A stretch of 57,258 nucleotides of DNA, counting the filler, from Squatina squatina (lineage: Eukaryota): assembly GCA_031763465.1 (NCBI GenBank). It is 4 parts of 3 records of this genome, joined end to end, with 100 filler letters (N's around TTAATTAATTAA, not from the genome) between each part and the next. Parts side by side here need not be neighbours in the genome. Positions count along the whole stretch, not along the records: positions 1 to 15,583 come from JARFOE010528070.1; positions 15,684 to 31,253 come from JARFOE010000013.1; 2 more parts are not named here. One strand, written 5' to 3'. Shown here piece after piece: positions 11,575-23,698 of the stretch. Within the stretch, counting starts at the first letter, position 1, and each line of letters begins with the position of its first letter. The translations under genes and the position numbers were made by a program. The notes below the pieces were generated by a model. It was not told where the DNA came from, did not search any database, and saw nothing but the letters and a program-made list of their open reading frames with translations.

Positions 11575-12030
11575 CAAACAATTACATGGAATCTACGGCA
11601 CAGAAACAGGCCATTCGGCCCAACTGATCCAGGCTGGTGCTTATGCTCCATACGAGCCTCGTGTAACCCTCTCAGCAGATCCATATTTCACTTTCTCGCT
11701 CAAGTAGCTACTCTTAAATGCATCTAACCAAGAGCCTGGATTATTCCACAGCAGTGAATTCCACAGGGTCACAACCCTCTGAGTCAGGAAGTTCCTCCTG
11801 AATTCCCTATTGGATTTCTTAGTGAATATTCAACGTGGCCCCCAGTTTAGGACTTTACAGCGAGTGGAAACATCTCCTCCACATCCACCCTATCAAACAC
11901 CGTCATATGTTTAAAGATCTTTGTCAGGTTACCCATCAGCCTCTCATTTGTAGAGAAAAATTCCCACCTGTTCTATGCTTCCTGATTGTTAGCATCCTTA
12001 GAAATCTTAGTTGAAACTTCTCCAGTGACT
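11575..12030 (-). mobile_element. CR1 LINE 3' fragment
   Basis: Plus strand ACATGGAATCTACGGCACAGAAACAGGCCATTCGGCCCAAC...GTGAATTCCACAGGGTCACAACCCTCTG is the reverse complement of a CR1 3' end. Confidence 0.6.
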
Positions 12031-12858
12031 CTACATCCTTCTTGTAATCTGTCTTTCTTACCGAGTCACCTCACCTTGGCCAAGCCATCCCCCTTATCCC
12101 AAACTGCTGAAATGAAAGGAATTCATTCTGTGTGCTTTCCCGTTTTGTGAACCGCCGGTGACCCTGCCGGTTCCAACAGTTATTGGTCTGGTCAATCCCA
12201 GCGTCTCCACAGTCCTCAGCGCTCCTTCAGCACCAGGCAGTTCTCACCTGCTGACAGCTGCCATCCAGCTCGGTTTTTGTAGGACTGAGGCGTCACTTCC
12301 TGATATTTGGTGTTGGATTGTTTCCCCTTTCAGAAGAAAGTTCCGAGTGTGAAGACACTCCCCGTGGCTTTATATGGATTGGAATCCAGGGGCCAGAATG
12401 CCGTCCTTAGTGGGGTTGGTAACAGGGGCAGAAACCACATAATAAATTCCACGTGAATATTCTAGTGATTGCCGACATGTCGGCCGGACTGAAGGAAGAC
12501 CTGTTGAGAAAGGATGGGGTGAACTGAAGTATACTGTGGCAGCAACTGCGTATTGCTGTTCAACTGTCTGGTGACCAATGCAATGAGCCACGAGGACTGG
12601 TTATGGTGAACCTGGTTACTGCAGCGCACTGTTACACGGGCACTGACGGCTGTTTCCTTGGCTGCTACAGGAATGTTACTAACCCCATCCCGCCTTTCAG
12701 TAACCATGCAGGAATTGCTGGAATTGGCACTCAATTCCTCATTCAACCTCCTCCCCCTGGGCTTGGACCGTGCCCTGCGGGCGCTCCCTGACCTCAGGAC
12801 CATAAACCCCTGACGTCCTTTGTTGTATTTCACACTGTAATAACAGGCTGAAAATAAT

Positions 12859-13597
12859 GGGCCTGAAATTGCAATTGGAGGCTTCCTGCGTCCGGATGCC
12901 TCCAAACGCAAAAAAACCGACGAACTTCCCTTAGGGTCCTGGATCCACGGGAGTTTGCGACTTTCAGCCCCCCCTCGTTGGAGATTCGGAGCGGGGCTGT
13001 CTCGGTTCCCGGGCAAGTCAAAGGTAAGAGGCTGGAGAGGTCACATGGGAGGCACCAGCCAATCAGGTAGGTCTATCTTTCGATGAAGTTTTGACAGTTC
13101 ACAGCGATCTGTCAAGAACTGTCAAACTTCAGTGGAAGATGAAAAATAACACAAACACATCACAAAACATTTTAAAACGATTTTAACATTAACATTTAAT
13201 TAAAAGGGAGATAAATAACACAATTTTGGGGAAATTTCTTGAAAAACGTTTAAAATGTTCAACAGCACACTTACCTTTCTGTGAATGGTTTTAAAGTAAT
13301 GTCCCAGTAGTTTTTTTGTTTTAATTCTTTTTAACTTTTCCTACGATGTTAAAGCCAATTTCTTACACTTGATTTTAACAAGCGTAAGAAATTTCGAGAG
13401 ATCCCCAGCAGAAAACTTTACAAAAGTATTACAAAGTTATGTGGTGGGGATGGGCTTCACAGCCTCGGCCTTGGTGATAGATCGCAAATGCAGGTTGTGC
13501 CAGCTTACGATTGACAGCCCCATACCCGGCTTTTGCGATGTCTGCCCGGGTGTGTGGGTACATCGTTCCCACCCGGGCAGATCGCAGTTTCAGGCCC
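12859..13597. mobile_element. Non-autonomous TIR element (MITE, PIF/Harbinger-like)
   Basis: Termini GGGCCTGAAATTGCA and TCGCAGTTTCAGGCCC are inverted repeats. AAT flanks both ends (12856-12858, 13598-13600). GC-rich arms surround an AT-rich core. Confidence 0.7.
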
Positions 13598-14078
13598 AAT
13601 GTGTGAACGTCTGAATGTGAGGGTACAGTACGTCAGAAAGCAGCATGCTCAGAAACTGCTCTGATCCAAATTGTTTCACAAACTAATGTTTGTCTTATCT
13701 ACCTCATTGTTTCAATGAGTTCAGCGCCAGATTTCCTGCCGCGCCCCAACCCGGGATCAGATTCCAATTACCGGGCGTAAATGGGCCGTGTGCCTCTGCT
13801 CGATATTTAATTCAAAAAAACTGGGGAAAGTCCTACCGTGGTCACGGCGATGTCACAAAGCTGGGCTGAAATGCCAGTCGCGGTGTGCTCAGTATGGTTA
13901 TGGGTCAGGAAATGAAATCCAATCCCTGAGATTGATGTCAGTTATCCGCAATCGGGGGTAAAGTAGTGACTGCAGCAAGCACACAGAGCAAAACAGGATG
14001 AGGATGATGCAAATGGAGCGATGGAACTCCACCAATGATCCCTCCATTAATTTTCCTCTCTGAGCACCGCGCAGGCAA

Positions 14079-14250
14079 CCATAAGACCATAAGACCATAA
14101 GAAATAGGAGCAGGAGTAGGCCATTCGGCCCGTCAAGCCCACTCCGCCATTCAATTGGATCATGGCTGATCCGACATTTCTCAATTCCACCTCCCCGCCT
14201 TCTCCCCATAACCCTTGATTCCCTTACTGATTAGAAATCTATCTATCTCG
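14079..14250 (-). mobile_element. CR1-type 3' tail (short 5'-truncated copy)
   Basis: (CCATAAGA)3-AATAGGAGCAGGAGTAGGCCATTCGGCCC...ATCATGGCTGATC. Further copies at about 15518-15583, 21885-22030, 32820-32925, 47390-47520 and, in the opposite orientation, 50623-50715. Confidence 0.75.
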
Positions 14251-15583
14251 ATAATGCTCACGTGAAGCGCCTTGGGACATTTTACTACATTAATGGCACT
14301 GTATAAATACAAGTTATTGTTGTCGTCAAAGGCACTATATAAATGCAAACTGTTGTAATACTACTGTAATTCCTATTGAAGCCTTATAAGCTCACTCCAT
14401 ATATACAACTTGACTCAAAAATTGGAGAGAAGCAAGATAGCTTTGAACGTATGTGCCTATCCCAAATGCAACTATTTAAATTATTTTATTACCATTGTAG
14501 GTTTTGTTCAGTTCATGGCCTGTATGCTTTAGTAGAACTCTTACAATTGGGGGGAAAAAAATTCCGACACTGATCAAGTTACAGCTAAATATTGACATCT
14601 GGGCTACATTAATGAACCGATTTGTAGCATTACTCATATGTGACCAATTTGCATTGAACTCTGATGATTGTTAGTTCTTTCAAACACAAGCTGCAATTAA
14701 AAGGCACACTTTCAATCCTAAAGAGACAAGTCTTCTATTGTGTATATGCTGCTTTATTAAAAAATACCTAAATTTGTTACAGTTTATAGTTGAGCATGGA
14801 GCAATATTTCAGTGGAAGGGCCTGATTATGCTTCTTAAGGTACATTAGTCAGTGATCATCCAGCATGCTTAACACAAATCTTTTTAGAATTTTACATTAC
14901 TGTATAGTGCAAGCATTAATTTTATTTGTTTGATGAGGAAAAACTATTGAGTGGCTGCTTTTCGAGTTTATAGAGTTCTGCAGTGCCCAACCGGTCAGCT
15001 GGTATTGATGGCAGTCTTTTTATAGACAGCCTGGTTTTCGTTCTATGGATGTGCTCTTGGACAATGATTCAGTCTCTGTTTTTCTTGAAATGTGCAAAAT
15101 TGTTCTTCTTAATGTGAGTTCAGTAAAATCATAGTACACAGTGTTGAAAATCCAGAAATGTTGTATTGTTTTAACACAGCGTATTGTAATTTTGAGATAC
15201 TGAACAAACATGGTCTTGCATGATTTGGTGACAGTTTTTGCCGATTACGCTACTGTGAAGCGCCTTGGGTCATTTCCAAAACATTAAAAGTGTGCTATAA
15301 ACGCAGTTCTCGTTCTTGTAGTTAACAGCATTAGATTGGCCCTAAATCTCTGGACATTTCCAAACCCTTTGGTTCAACACATATTTAAACAAAGGTGACT
15401 GCAGTCTCAATAACATGATTACAGTCCTCTCTGATATTACATTCTTACTGGGTATGAAGTTTGGAGATGCTGGCTACAGATGTCAGAAGGTGAGGGGGAG
15501 GGTGGAGTGTATACAAAACATAGAAACGCAGAAAATAGGAGCAGGAGTAGGCCATTCGGCCCTTCGAGCCTGCTCCGCCATTC

Positions 15584-15683
15584 NNNNNNNNNNNNNNNNN
15601 NNNNNNNNNNNNNNNNNNNNNNNNNNNTTAATTAATTAANNNNNNNNNNNNNNNNNNNNNNNNNNNNNNNNNNNNNNNNNNNN
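15584..15683. other. Artificial scaffold-joining spacer (N44-TTAATTAATTAA-N44)
   Basis: Palindromic six-frame-stop 12-mer at 15628-15639 flanked by exactly 44 N on each side. The identical construct occurs three times. Confidence 0.95.
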
Positions 15684-16242
15684 GGCCAGTTTCAGGGGAA
15701 CAATAAGACCAAGTTTATTTCGGAGTAGTCCCATTTCCTGGTCAATCACTTAACTGGGTGCGAATGACTTTCGATGGCTGTTGATGGGATAGTCGTATCA
15801 AACGATATGGCATTGTATTGCTGGACACTTTGGTGCCTTGCTAGGTTTGTGATGTCAGCTGGAGCTTATGCTAGTCTCCAGACCGGTTTATCCAAGTCCA
15901 ATTACTATGTGAATGGTCTTAGCTCTTTGCAAGAGCTAGCAGAGTCTGAGTTTCGGCTCCGTCCATCTGCAGCATTGCTTCTTCGGGGTTTTCCCCTGTT
16001 GGACTTTTAATAAGTCCAATTTATTAAACACATGGCTTCCATGCCAAATATCGGTGAGCTTACAAGAGTCAGAAAAGATGATGTATGGTAGCAAAGCTGC
16101 AAGTTTTGATTGTAACATAATGCTGTGCTCGTTGATACTTTCACCATAACTACAAGAAGTCTTTTTTATGACTGGTCGCGGATAAATTCTTAATGTTCCT
16201 GCTGATTATAAAATATAATTATTTCCCTTTTTCATTTCTTAG

Positions 16243-16361
16243 ATTCAACACTTACTGATCGTCATGGCAATCAGATTCAAACCCTGACATCATCTTGTGT
16301 AAATTTATTGGGAATAGCTGGAGAAGGACTTGACAAGAGTAAACTGAAAGTAACTTGGCAG
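16243..16361 (+). CDS. SMCHD1: SMCHD1 internal exon (linker region)
   Basis: Acceptor tttttcatttcttag|, donor CAG|gtacag. Peptide STLTDRHGNQIQTLTSSCVNLLGIAGEGLDKSKLKVTWQ resembles recalled human [37 protein letters not shown]. Confidence 0.8.
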
Positions 16362-17004
16362 GTACAGCAAATATCAAGNNNNNNNNNNNNNNNNNNNNNN
16401 NNNNNNNNNNNNNNNNNNNNNNNNNNNNNNNNNNNNNNNNNNNNNNNNNNNNNNNNNNNNNNNNNNNNNNNNNNNNNNCTGGGAGCAGGTAACTTGTCCC
16501 ACCAGTGCAGATATAGTGCATGGCTTTGAAGGCGGAGGGAACAAATGTATTGAATGTCTGGTTAAAGGGAACCAATGGTGATGCTGAACTAGTGTTACAC
16601 TGGTGCATGCAAGGCTGCATCAATATTCAAATAAGGTTATCCTGGCTATAATGAGAATCGCAGTCAGATTAACAAGTTATGGCTAGAATTTATATAAGTG
16701 CAATAGATCTTTCATGCTTGTTGTTAAAATTGAGTTATGGGCATGTGTAATGTATTGCTGGTACCTTCAGTATTTTAAAAAAAATCTGTTTTAGCTGTCA
16801 TCAATTAGAAAGGATTACATACTGGTCTCATAAAGAACTTTGTTAAATTGTCTAATTGTGATTTAAGATCAATTGTCTTTATATGGTTTTTGATTTTTGG
16901 AATAAAATTGCTTTCAAATATATTTAGTTGGTCTGAAGAATAGGTAATATTTATCAGAAATGTTAAACGGGCTGCACTGTATAGGTATACTTTTTGTATT
17001 TCAG

Positions 17005-17162
17005 GGGAGAATACACATTGCAAGCTAAAGCCATCATTAATAAAAGTGCACTGGATGGTCCGGCGATCAGATTGAATGTAGTGCCAGACCCCAACAAACC
17101 TATCAACTTGTATGTAGACTACGACAAAAATACATCTTTTGTTGCTGGTGGATTTTTAACAG
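17005..17162 (+). CDS. SMCHD1: SMCHD1 internal exon (linker region)
   Basis: Acceptor tttttgtatttcag|, donor ACAG|gtatgc. Peptide [52 protein letters not shown] resembles recalled human [52 protein letters not shown]. Confidence 0.87.
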
Positions 17163-20100
17163 GTATGCATAATTTATTCATCTGTAAAGGTATTAATAGT
17201 AATTAGGATGATAGACTTGTTCATTGGACCTATGTGCCAATATTTGTTAGAATCTTTTTGAACAGACTGTAAATGTTAAATCTAGAATTCTACTTACTGT
17301 TTATCAATTCTCATTCTTCTAGTACACTGATTTATACATGTAATATCCAAATGACTTGTCAGAATAACGTTCCTGTAGTTGCAGTTTCATGTGCAAAATG
17401 TTTAAGTTTTTACATAGACCATATATTAGAAGTAGGACAGAGCTATTTGGCCTATTTAAATCATTCATTTTGAATCATTTCCATCGTCGATATCTTTTCA
17501 TAAGTACGGTGACCAAAAATGGATAATAAGCTTCCTGGTGTGTTCTCAGCAATGTACTAGTGTATCGCTATGACCTCCCAGGACTCATCCTCTATTAGTC
17601 TCCTATAGTCTATTGGTCTACTCTATTTGCTTCGGTAATTGTTGGCATATGATGGGATGTTATTTTTTCATTTAATGATGCACCTCGCACTATGAAATTG
17701 CATGTTACTTTTGCAGATCCAGTGTGAATTGCCTTGTAGTTCTCTATATTAAGGCTCACCTACCACTCTGACCAATATTTTCCTGCGGTGAACATTCTGC
17801 TTTCCCACATACACAATTTCTCATTATCTGCAAGCGTGGGCATTCTAGTTACAGCGTGCGCTCATTAGAGTCGAACGGAAGTGCAAGCGACCAGTCTCCG
17901 AGGAACTTTTTAATATTTGATCAGCTGGATATTTGACAGGCTCAGAAACCCATCGCTGTGTCTAAAAGTCTCTGGCTCAACCTGCTGAGAAATCTACAAG
18001 TGTAGAACGTACAGAGCTTACTTGGTACAGAGTGCACACATGCTCCTAATTGAGTCACGCCCCACTTAACCTGTGCCCAAAAAGCTTGGGCACAGGTTGA
18101 CCCAACTAAGGTTTAAGAGCTCCACACCCACCCTCCCCANNNNNNNNNNNNNNNNNNNNNNNNNNNNNNNNNNNNNNNNNNNNNNNNNNNNNNNNNNNNN
18201 NNNNNNNNNNNNNNNNNNNNNNNNNNNNNNNNNNNNNNNCATTTGATAAAGTAATGCATACAAGGCTTCTTTGTGTTTGTTCTTTGCAATTAGGATGAAT
18301 ATAACAATGCAGCTGGCAAGCATATGTGTGGCAAATTGGTGGTTACAATTAAAAGTACGACTGAAGGTGATGGTGAGATTCCTCAGTTTCAGGGAAAACA
18401 CAGCCATCTGGAGTTTGAACTCAACCAAGGATCTTGTGTTATTTCAGTAAGTTGAATTTAGTTTAACTCATCTGGGGAAAGCCTACTGACAGATGCAGTT
18501 AATCTGCTATTGGGTAGAGTCATTGTGATTGGCTAAAAGAGTCTCTGCTTCAGCAATCTGATTGATCAAATTGACTCTAGAACTTAAAAGGCCATTCAGT
18601 TTATAGATTTGTTCTGTGATTGCTTTAAAGTTGTCCTATAATGTACTGTTTTCTTTAGTTTTTAAAAAAATCCTGATTTATTGTGAGCAAAGTAGGAGGA
18701 TTATTCCTTTAGCTTGCAGCATCAGATTGTAGGCCTGCTTTTTTCTCTCACTCTCCAATGCTAAAATGGTGGTGGCAGAATGTAAATTTGCCATAAATGC
18801 ATGTAAACTGACAATTACACATTGATTCAGTGCTACTTAATAGTGTATACGGGGCAGACTGATACTGATATTAGCACTAATGGCAGCACTAATAGTGATT
18901 ATCAGATTGTGCTGCTGTAGCTGAACTGAAATCCATTCTAATCATTTGAGCTAAACAAAGGCTCCATTTAATTAAATGGAAGTAGGTTGCTTGCATGGAA
19001 CTGCTCAATAAAATATACTTCTCCCTTTGTTCCTCCTTTCACACACACGCAATTTGCTAAAATTCAAACCAAGTTTTTCTTCTTCTGCTAAAAGGGTTTG
19101 CCAAAAGTTTTGGAATTTCCATATTTATAAATGAGTCCTTTAAGGTTTTACAGTGTTTTTCTTATTCAGTTTCCATTTCTACAGTTGGCTTTCTTTCCTC
19201 TTAACAATTCCTATGTCTTTTACATCAACTCAGAAAAGGTTGTGTCCTCTTGCTAAGATCTTTTATTTCAATTTGCATAATAACTTACAGTACATTTTGA
19301 AGCATGAATGAAAGCCTTTACTTAAAATCTATATTGCATCCTGGAGAGTGGGACTCAGAAAGTCAGAGATCATGAGCAAACATGTTGATTGAAAAATGCA
19401 GCTTCTTCGGAAATCGAAGCCCCCATTTTAACCCTGCCCACCCTGCAGGATCAGTGTGGGCAAGAGGGCAAAATGGTAGGCCCGTGCTATGCGCTGCGTT
19501 TTTACCAGACTAGCACTGGCTCTAGATGCAGATTAAAGTAGTAGCCACTGAGTTAAACTGAGTTATACTAGTAGGTTTGTTTTAGTGGTTAGGATTTGAG
19601 CTGCTTCAGCACTGTATTAAACTGAAATAAAAACAGAAAATGCTGGAAATACTCAGCAGGTCANNNNNNNNNNNNNNNNNNNNNNNNNNNNNNNNNNNNN
19701 NNNNNNNNNNNNNNNNNNNNNNNNNNNNNNNNNNNNNNNNNNNNNNNNNNNNNNNNNNNNNNNAGATCATTAGTCTAGGCCTCTGAACTACTAGTCTAGT
19801 AACATAACCACTATGCTACCATATCCCCTGTACATGTGCACAGTTGTGTTCCATGTTTCAAAGGAAATCACAGCAGCCACCTTCAGGATCTGGATTAGAC
19901 ACAAATGGAAGTACTTTGTCACGGAAAAGAAAGGCTTAGAACAAGTGTAGATGTTTTGGGGGTATATTTTCCTCTGAAAAATTCTGTTATTAAACTCATA
20001 AGCAATTATGTTTTACTAAAAGAATTTTCTCAAGCTACACACAGGTAAATATATCTCATTTAAATAGATGAAAGTTGGAAGAAATAAAATAGCAGATATG

Positions 20101-20734
20101 TATATAGTCTGAAAGAAAAATTGAACAATGTATGAATGTTCTACAGAGAAATTTCTATCCAACAGTCGCAAATATATAACAAAAAAGTCTGTTGGTAGAT
20201 AATGTTCATTTGTAGTTATTTAAATTGAAAAGCTTAATTTTGTACATTCAACTTTGTATTTTTTATTTTTAAAAGCTTTTTTCAAAAGTTTACTGAACTT
20301 TGTTTGTCACAGAACAAGAAATAAAACCTATATAATTAGATGTTATTTTCCTTAAGCATATTCCAAAATGAAATCTTACATTTTTTAACCAAATCTCTCT
20401 CTCATTTTATGAAACACCAATTTCCTGAAACATCAATTGCTTAAAACAAGTATCATTGCTTTCCTTATCTTTTTAGGCTGCATTTATGTGCAACATCAGT
20501 GGATTGGACTATATTGGTCCCCCTTGGAGGACAAGACATACTTGTCTAGAATGTGTAATTTGATCCTGCATGCTGGAGAATAATTGAAAGCCTCTGCAAT
20601 GTGTAATTTGATCCAGTCATTGTCACAGGCAGGCTTCAAGCTGCTCCAGTGCAGCCATGACAGTGGCATTGACTTGTTAATGCAGAGGATCACCGAAACA
20701 AGCAACATCCTCCCAATCAAAATTTGAGTGATGC

Positions 20735-20826
20735 AACATAAAATGCTGGAAATGCTCAGCAAGTCAGGCAGCATCTGTGGAGAGAGAAGCTGGGTTAACG
20801 TTTCAAGTCGATAACCTTTCATCAGA
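20735..20826 (-). mobile_element. Penelope-like terminal-repeat fragment with hammerhead core
   Basis: Minus strand CTGATGA-A-AGGTT-ATC-GACTT-GAAACGTTAAC...CTCTCTCCACAGATGCTGCCTGAC. Partial copies also at about 19625-19663 and 47530-47620. Confidence 0.7.
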
Positions 20827-21817
20827 CAGCAGCAACATTTAAAGTTTGAGTGTGTGTTCTCACTCCGTGCTGGTGCAAGATGTCGAGCTGGTTAGTAAGA
20901 TGATAACAGCTTGCATTTGTATAGCACCTTTAACATGCAAGATGTCCCAAAGCACTTTGCAAGGAATAATGAGAACAATTTATGAAGCGGCTAATCTTGG
21001 GCTGATCTTTTTAGTTCACAATTGCCTTGCTTGATTTTGTTAATTTTTTTTAATAGACGTTTACTGCTATTTGCATATTTTTTTGCATGACTTCAACCTT
21101 AAAGCCTGCAAGTGCCTCTGGCTGCACCCAGATGAGGCAAAGTTGCTACATGACTAATGAGTGATTTTGTTTTGTTCGGGGAGAAAGGAAGAGAAAAATG
21201 ACTTGAAAAATTGGGGTAAATGAAGTTGAAAGCAAACTTAAGCTTATTGAGCTGCAAGAAATGTGGGTACTATGTTCTATTAAGTGGATTGTAGTCACTG
21301 GTGTAGCCTATTAAATTGCTCTTGAAATCTAGCCCTTCCAGTTCTTTTAAGGTTTGAACAGACACAATCCAGTGGGACAGGGAACATCTGCCTGCTTGAA
21401 ACCAATCAGCACATCATTAACCATTGGATTATTACTCATAGTTTTGTTATTTTCAGATGTTTATTGTGAACAGTACTCTAATGCATTTGTGCCCATTTGG
21501 CATTAACAGAGTTAATGCTCTTTATTGGCTGTTCTGTAGGACAGATGGTTATTTATTTAGATACATTACATATAACTGGAAATTTATTATAATATACAAG
21601 TGTCCTGAGGACGGTAATGTCTCAATGTCAGAATGGTCATGTGGTCAACAGTGTGGTTTTGGGCAGGGAGGAGAAGCGGAGAATGGTGATCTTTAGAGTA
21701 ATGGATTGGATTCTTGATCTTGCATGTGCTAAATGTTAACACATTCCAGGAGATTGATGGTATGCAAAGTATGTAATCAAGGCTGATACACAAGTTTAGT
21801 ACTGAGCAAATGTTGTG

Positions 21818-22275
21818 TTGTTGGAGGTGCCGTCCTTTCTTTAAAAAAAAAACAAGGCTCTTTGTGGAAGATTAAAAAAAAATAAGCATTAGGAGCAGGA
21901 GTAGGCCATTCAGACCCCCGAGCCTGCTCTGCCATTCAATACGATCATGGCTGATCTTCTAACTCCACTCCACTTTCCTGCACTATCCCCATATCCCTTG
22001 ATTCCCTTAATATTCAAAAATCTATCCAAGATATTGAAGATTCCCATGGCACCATTTAGAGGAGCAGCTCATTTTCTTCTTGTCGTGGTCACAATCCATC
22101 CCTCAGCTAACACCACCAAAAAACAGACCAACATCTTATTCCTATTGGTGGGATCTGGCTGTGTACAAAAATGGTTGCTGCATCTGTTCACATAACAGCC
22201 ACTGTACTTGACAGTAATTCATTGTGTGAACTGCTTTTCAGATGTTTGAAACGGTCACAGAAATGCAAGTCCCTT
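21818..22275 (+). mobile_element. Decayed SacSINE1-like SINE interrupted by an antisense CR1 tail
   Basis: GGAGGTGCCGTCCTT...[CR1 tail about 21874-22035]...ATTCCCATGGCACCATTTAG...GGGATCTGGCTGTGTACAAAATGGTTGCTGC...AAATGCAAGTC. Confidence 0.55.
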
Positions 22276-22439
22276 TCGTTTCCTTCATGGTTCTCAAGAA
22301 CTTAAATGTTAAAAAGCACAAATTAGCTATCTGCCTTTTTAAAAAAAAAATCCTTCCACAAACTTTGTTATAATGCTGAGGTTCCTACTGGCACATTGCT
22401 TGACCTCCATATGTCAGGTGCAAACTCTGGGGAGAATGA

Positions 22440-22962
22440 TGCCTGTGAATGTAGGCCCGTGAGAGGCTGGGAATGTAGATGTTCGAGAGCCTGGGAATAT
22501 AGGCCCCATGAGAGTGTGGGAATGTGGGCCCTGTGAAAGCCTGGGAATGTAGGTCCCATGAGAGCCTGAGAATATAGGCCCCATGAGATTCTGGGGATGT
22601 GGGCCCCGTGAGAGCTTGGGAATGTAGGCCCCTGTGAAAGCGTGGGAATGTAGGTCCCTGTGAGAGCCTGGGAATGTAGGCCCCTGTGAGAGCGTGGGAA
22701 TGTAGGCCCTGAGAGGGCCTGGGCATGTAGATTCCTGTGAGAGCCTGTGAATGTAGGCCCCTGTGAGAGCCTGGGAACGTATGTCCCTGTGAGAATAAGG
22801 AATTGTAGGCCCCGTGACAGCCTGGGAATGTAGGCCTCTGTGGGAACCTGGGCATGTAGACCCCTGTGAGAGCCTGGGCATGTAGGCCCCTGTGAGAGCC
22901 TGGGCATGTAGGCCCCTGTGAGAGCCTGGGTGTGTAGGCCCCTGTGAGAGCCTGCAAATGTA
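22440..22962. repeat. 26-bp minisatellite
   Basis: About 20 tandem copies of CCCCTGTGAGAGCCTGGG(A/C)ATGTAGG. This explains the three overlapping minus-strand ORFs here. Confidence 0.92.
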
Positions 22963-23677
22963 GAAGAGTCTTGGCAAACGTATGCACATCCATCCGTCCG
23001 AGTCTGACAAAACAGGCCTTGAGTCTATTCCTTGAAAGGCCGTTCACTACCTTGCTTGCCAGCAGTACGGGACTGGGAGTCCGGGGTAGGCCCTGACCGT
23101 TTAGGTGCGGTAGGCCTCCTTACCCGAACCTGGTGGGACACAGATTGAAGATAATCGGCAAAAGGACCAGAGGGGGGNNNNNNNNNNNNNNNNNNNNNNN
23201 NNNNNNNNNNNNNNNNNNNNNNNNNNNNNNNNNNNNNNNNNNNNNNNNNNNNNNNNNNNNNNNNNNNNNNNNNNNNNAGTTGTGAGGGGTGGGGAAGTGA
23301 GGGTCGGAATAGTGATGTGTGTGAGTGTGAGGAGAAGGAGATGTAGTGAAGCATGGTGCAGTAATTGTAGGAGAGTGAAGGGAGGCAGGTGTGAGGATAT
23401 TGTGAGTACTGAGGTTGGAGGTTGTGGTGGTGTGGGCAGAGAGTAAGAAAGCACTCTTCTTACCTTGACAACACTAATGAGGTCATAACATTTCAGGATA
23501 TAGTGGATACTTGACAAGAATGAGGAAGTGAGACTCTTCATCGCAAGAGTCATCATGATAACTCCCGAGCAAAGATGTGACTCCCACATTTAACATGACT
23601 GGTTTTCTCATTCTAATGTTTAATTTTTTTAATAATAAAATCTTTCTAAATCTCTCCTTTCAATTCCTTTTACACAG

Positions 23678-23698
23678 ATGCACCAAATGGTTTGGATT
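23678..23698 (+). CDS. Candidate 21-nt micro-exon (xAPNGLD), possibly EMILIN2
   Basis: Long polypyrimidine tract tctctcctttcaattccttttacacag|ATGCACCAAATGGTTTGGATT|gtgagt. Frame-preserving length. A phase-1 reading would fit the phase-1 start of the EMILIN2 large exon. Confidence 0.35.

Noticed and set aside
15628-15639. Palindromic TTAATTAATTAA as a biological motif (also 31298, 44769)
   Set aside because: It is always embedded in exactly 44+44 N, so it is an assembly linker.
22368-23047. Three overlapping 180-220-aa minus-strand ORFs
   Set aside because: They are translations of a 26-bp tandem repeat. All three frames cycle the same peptide.
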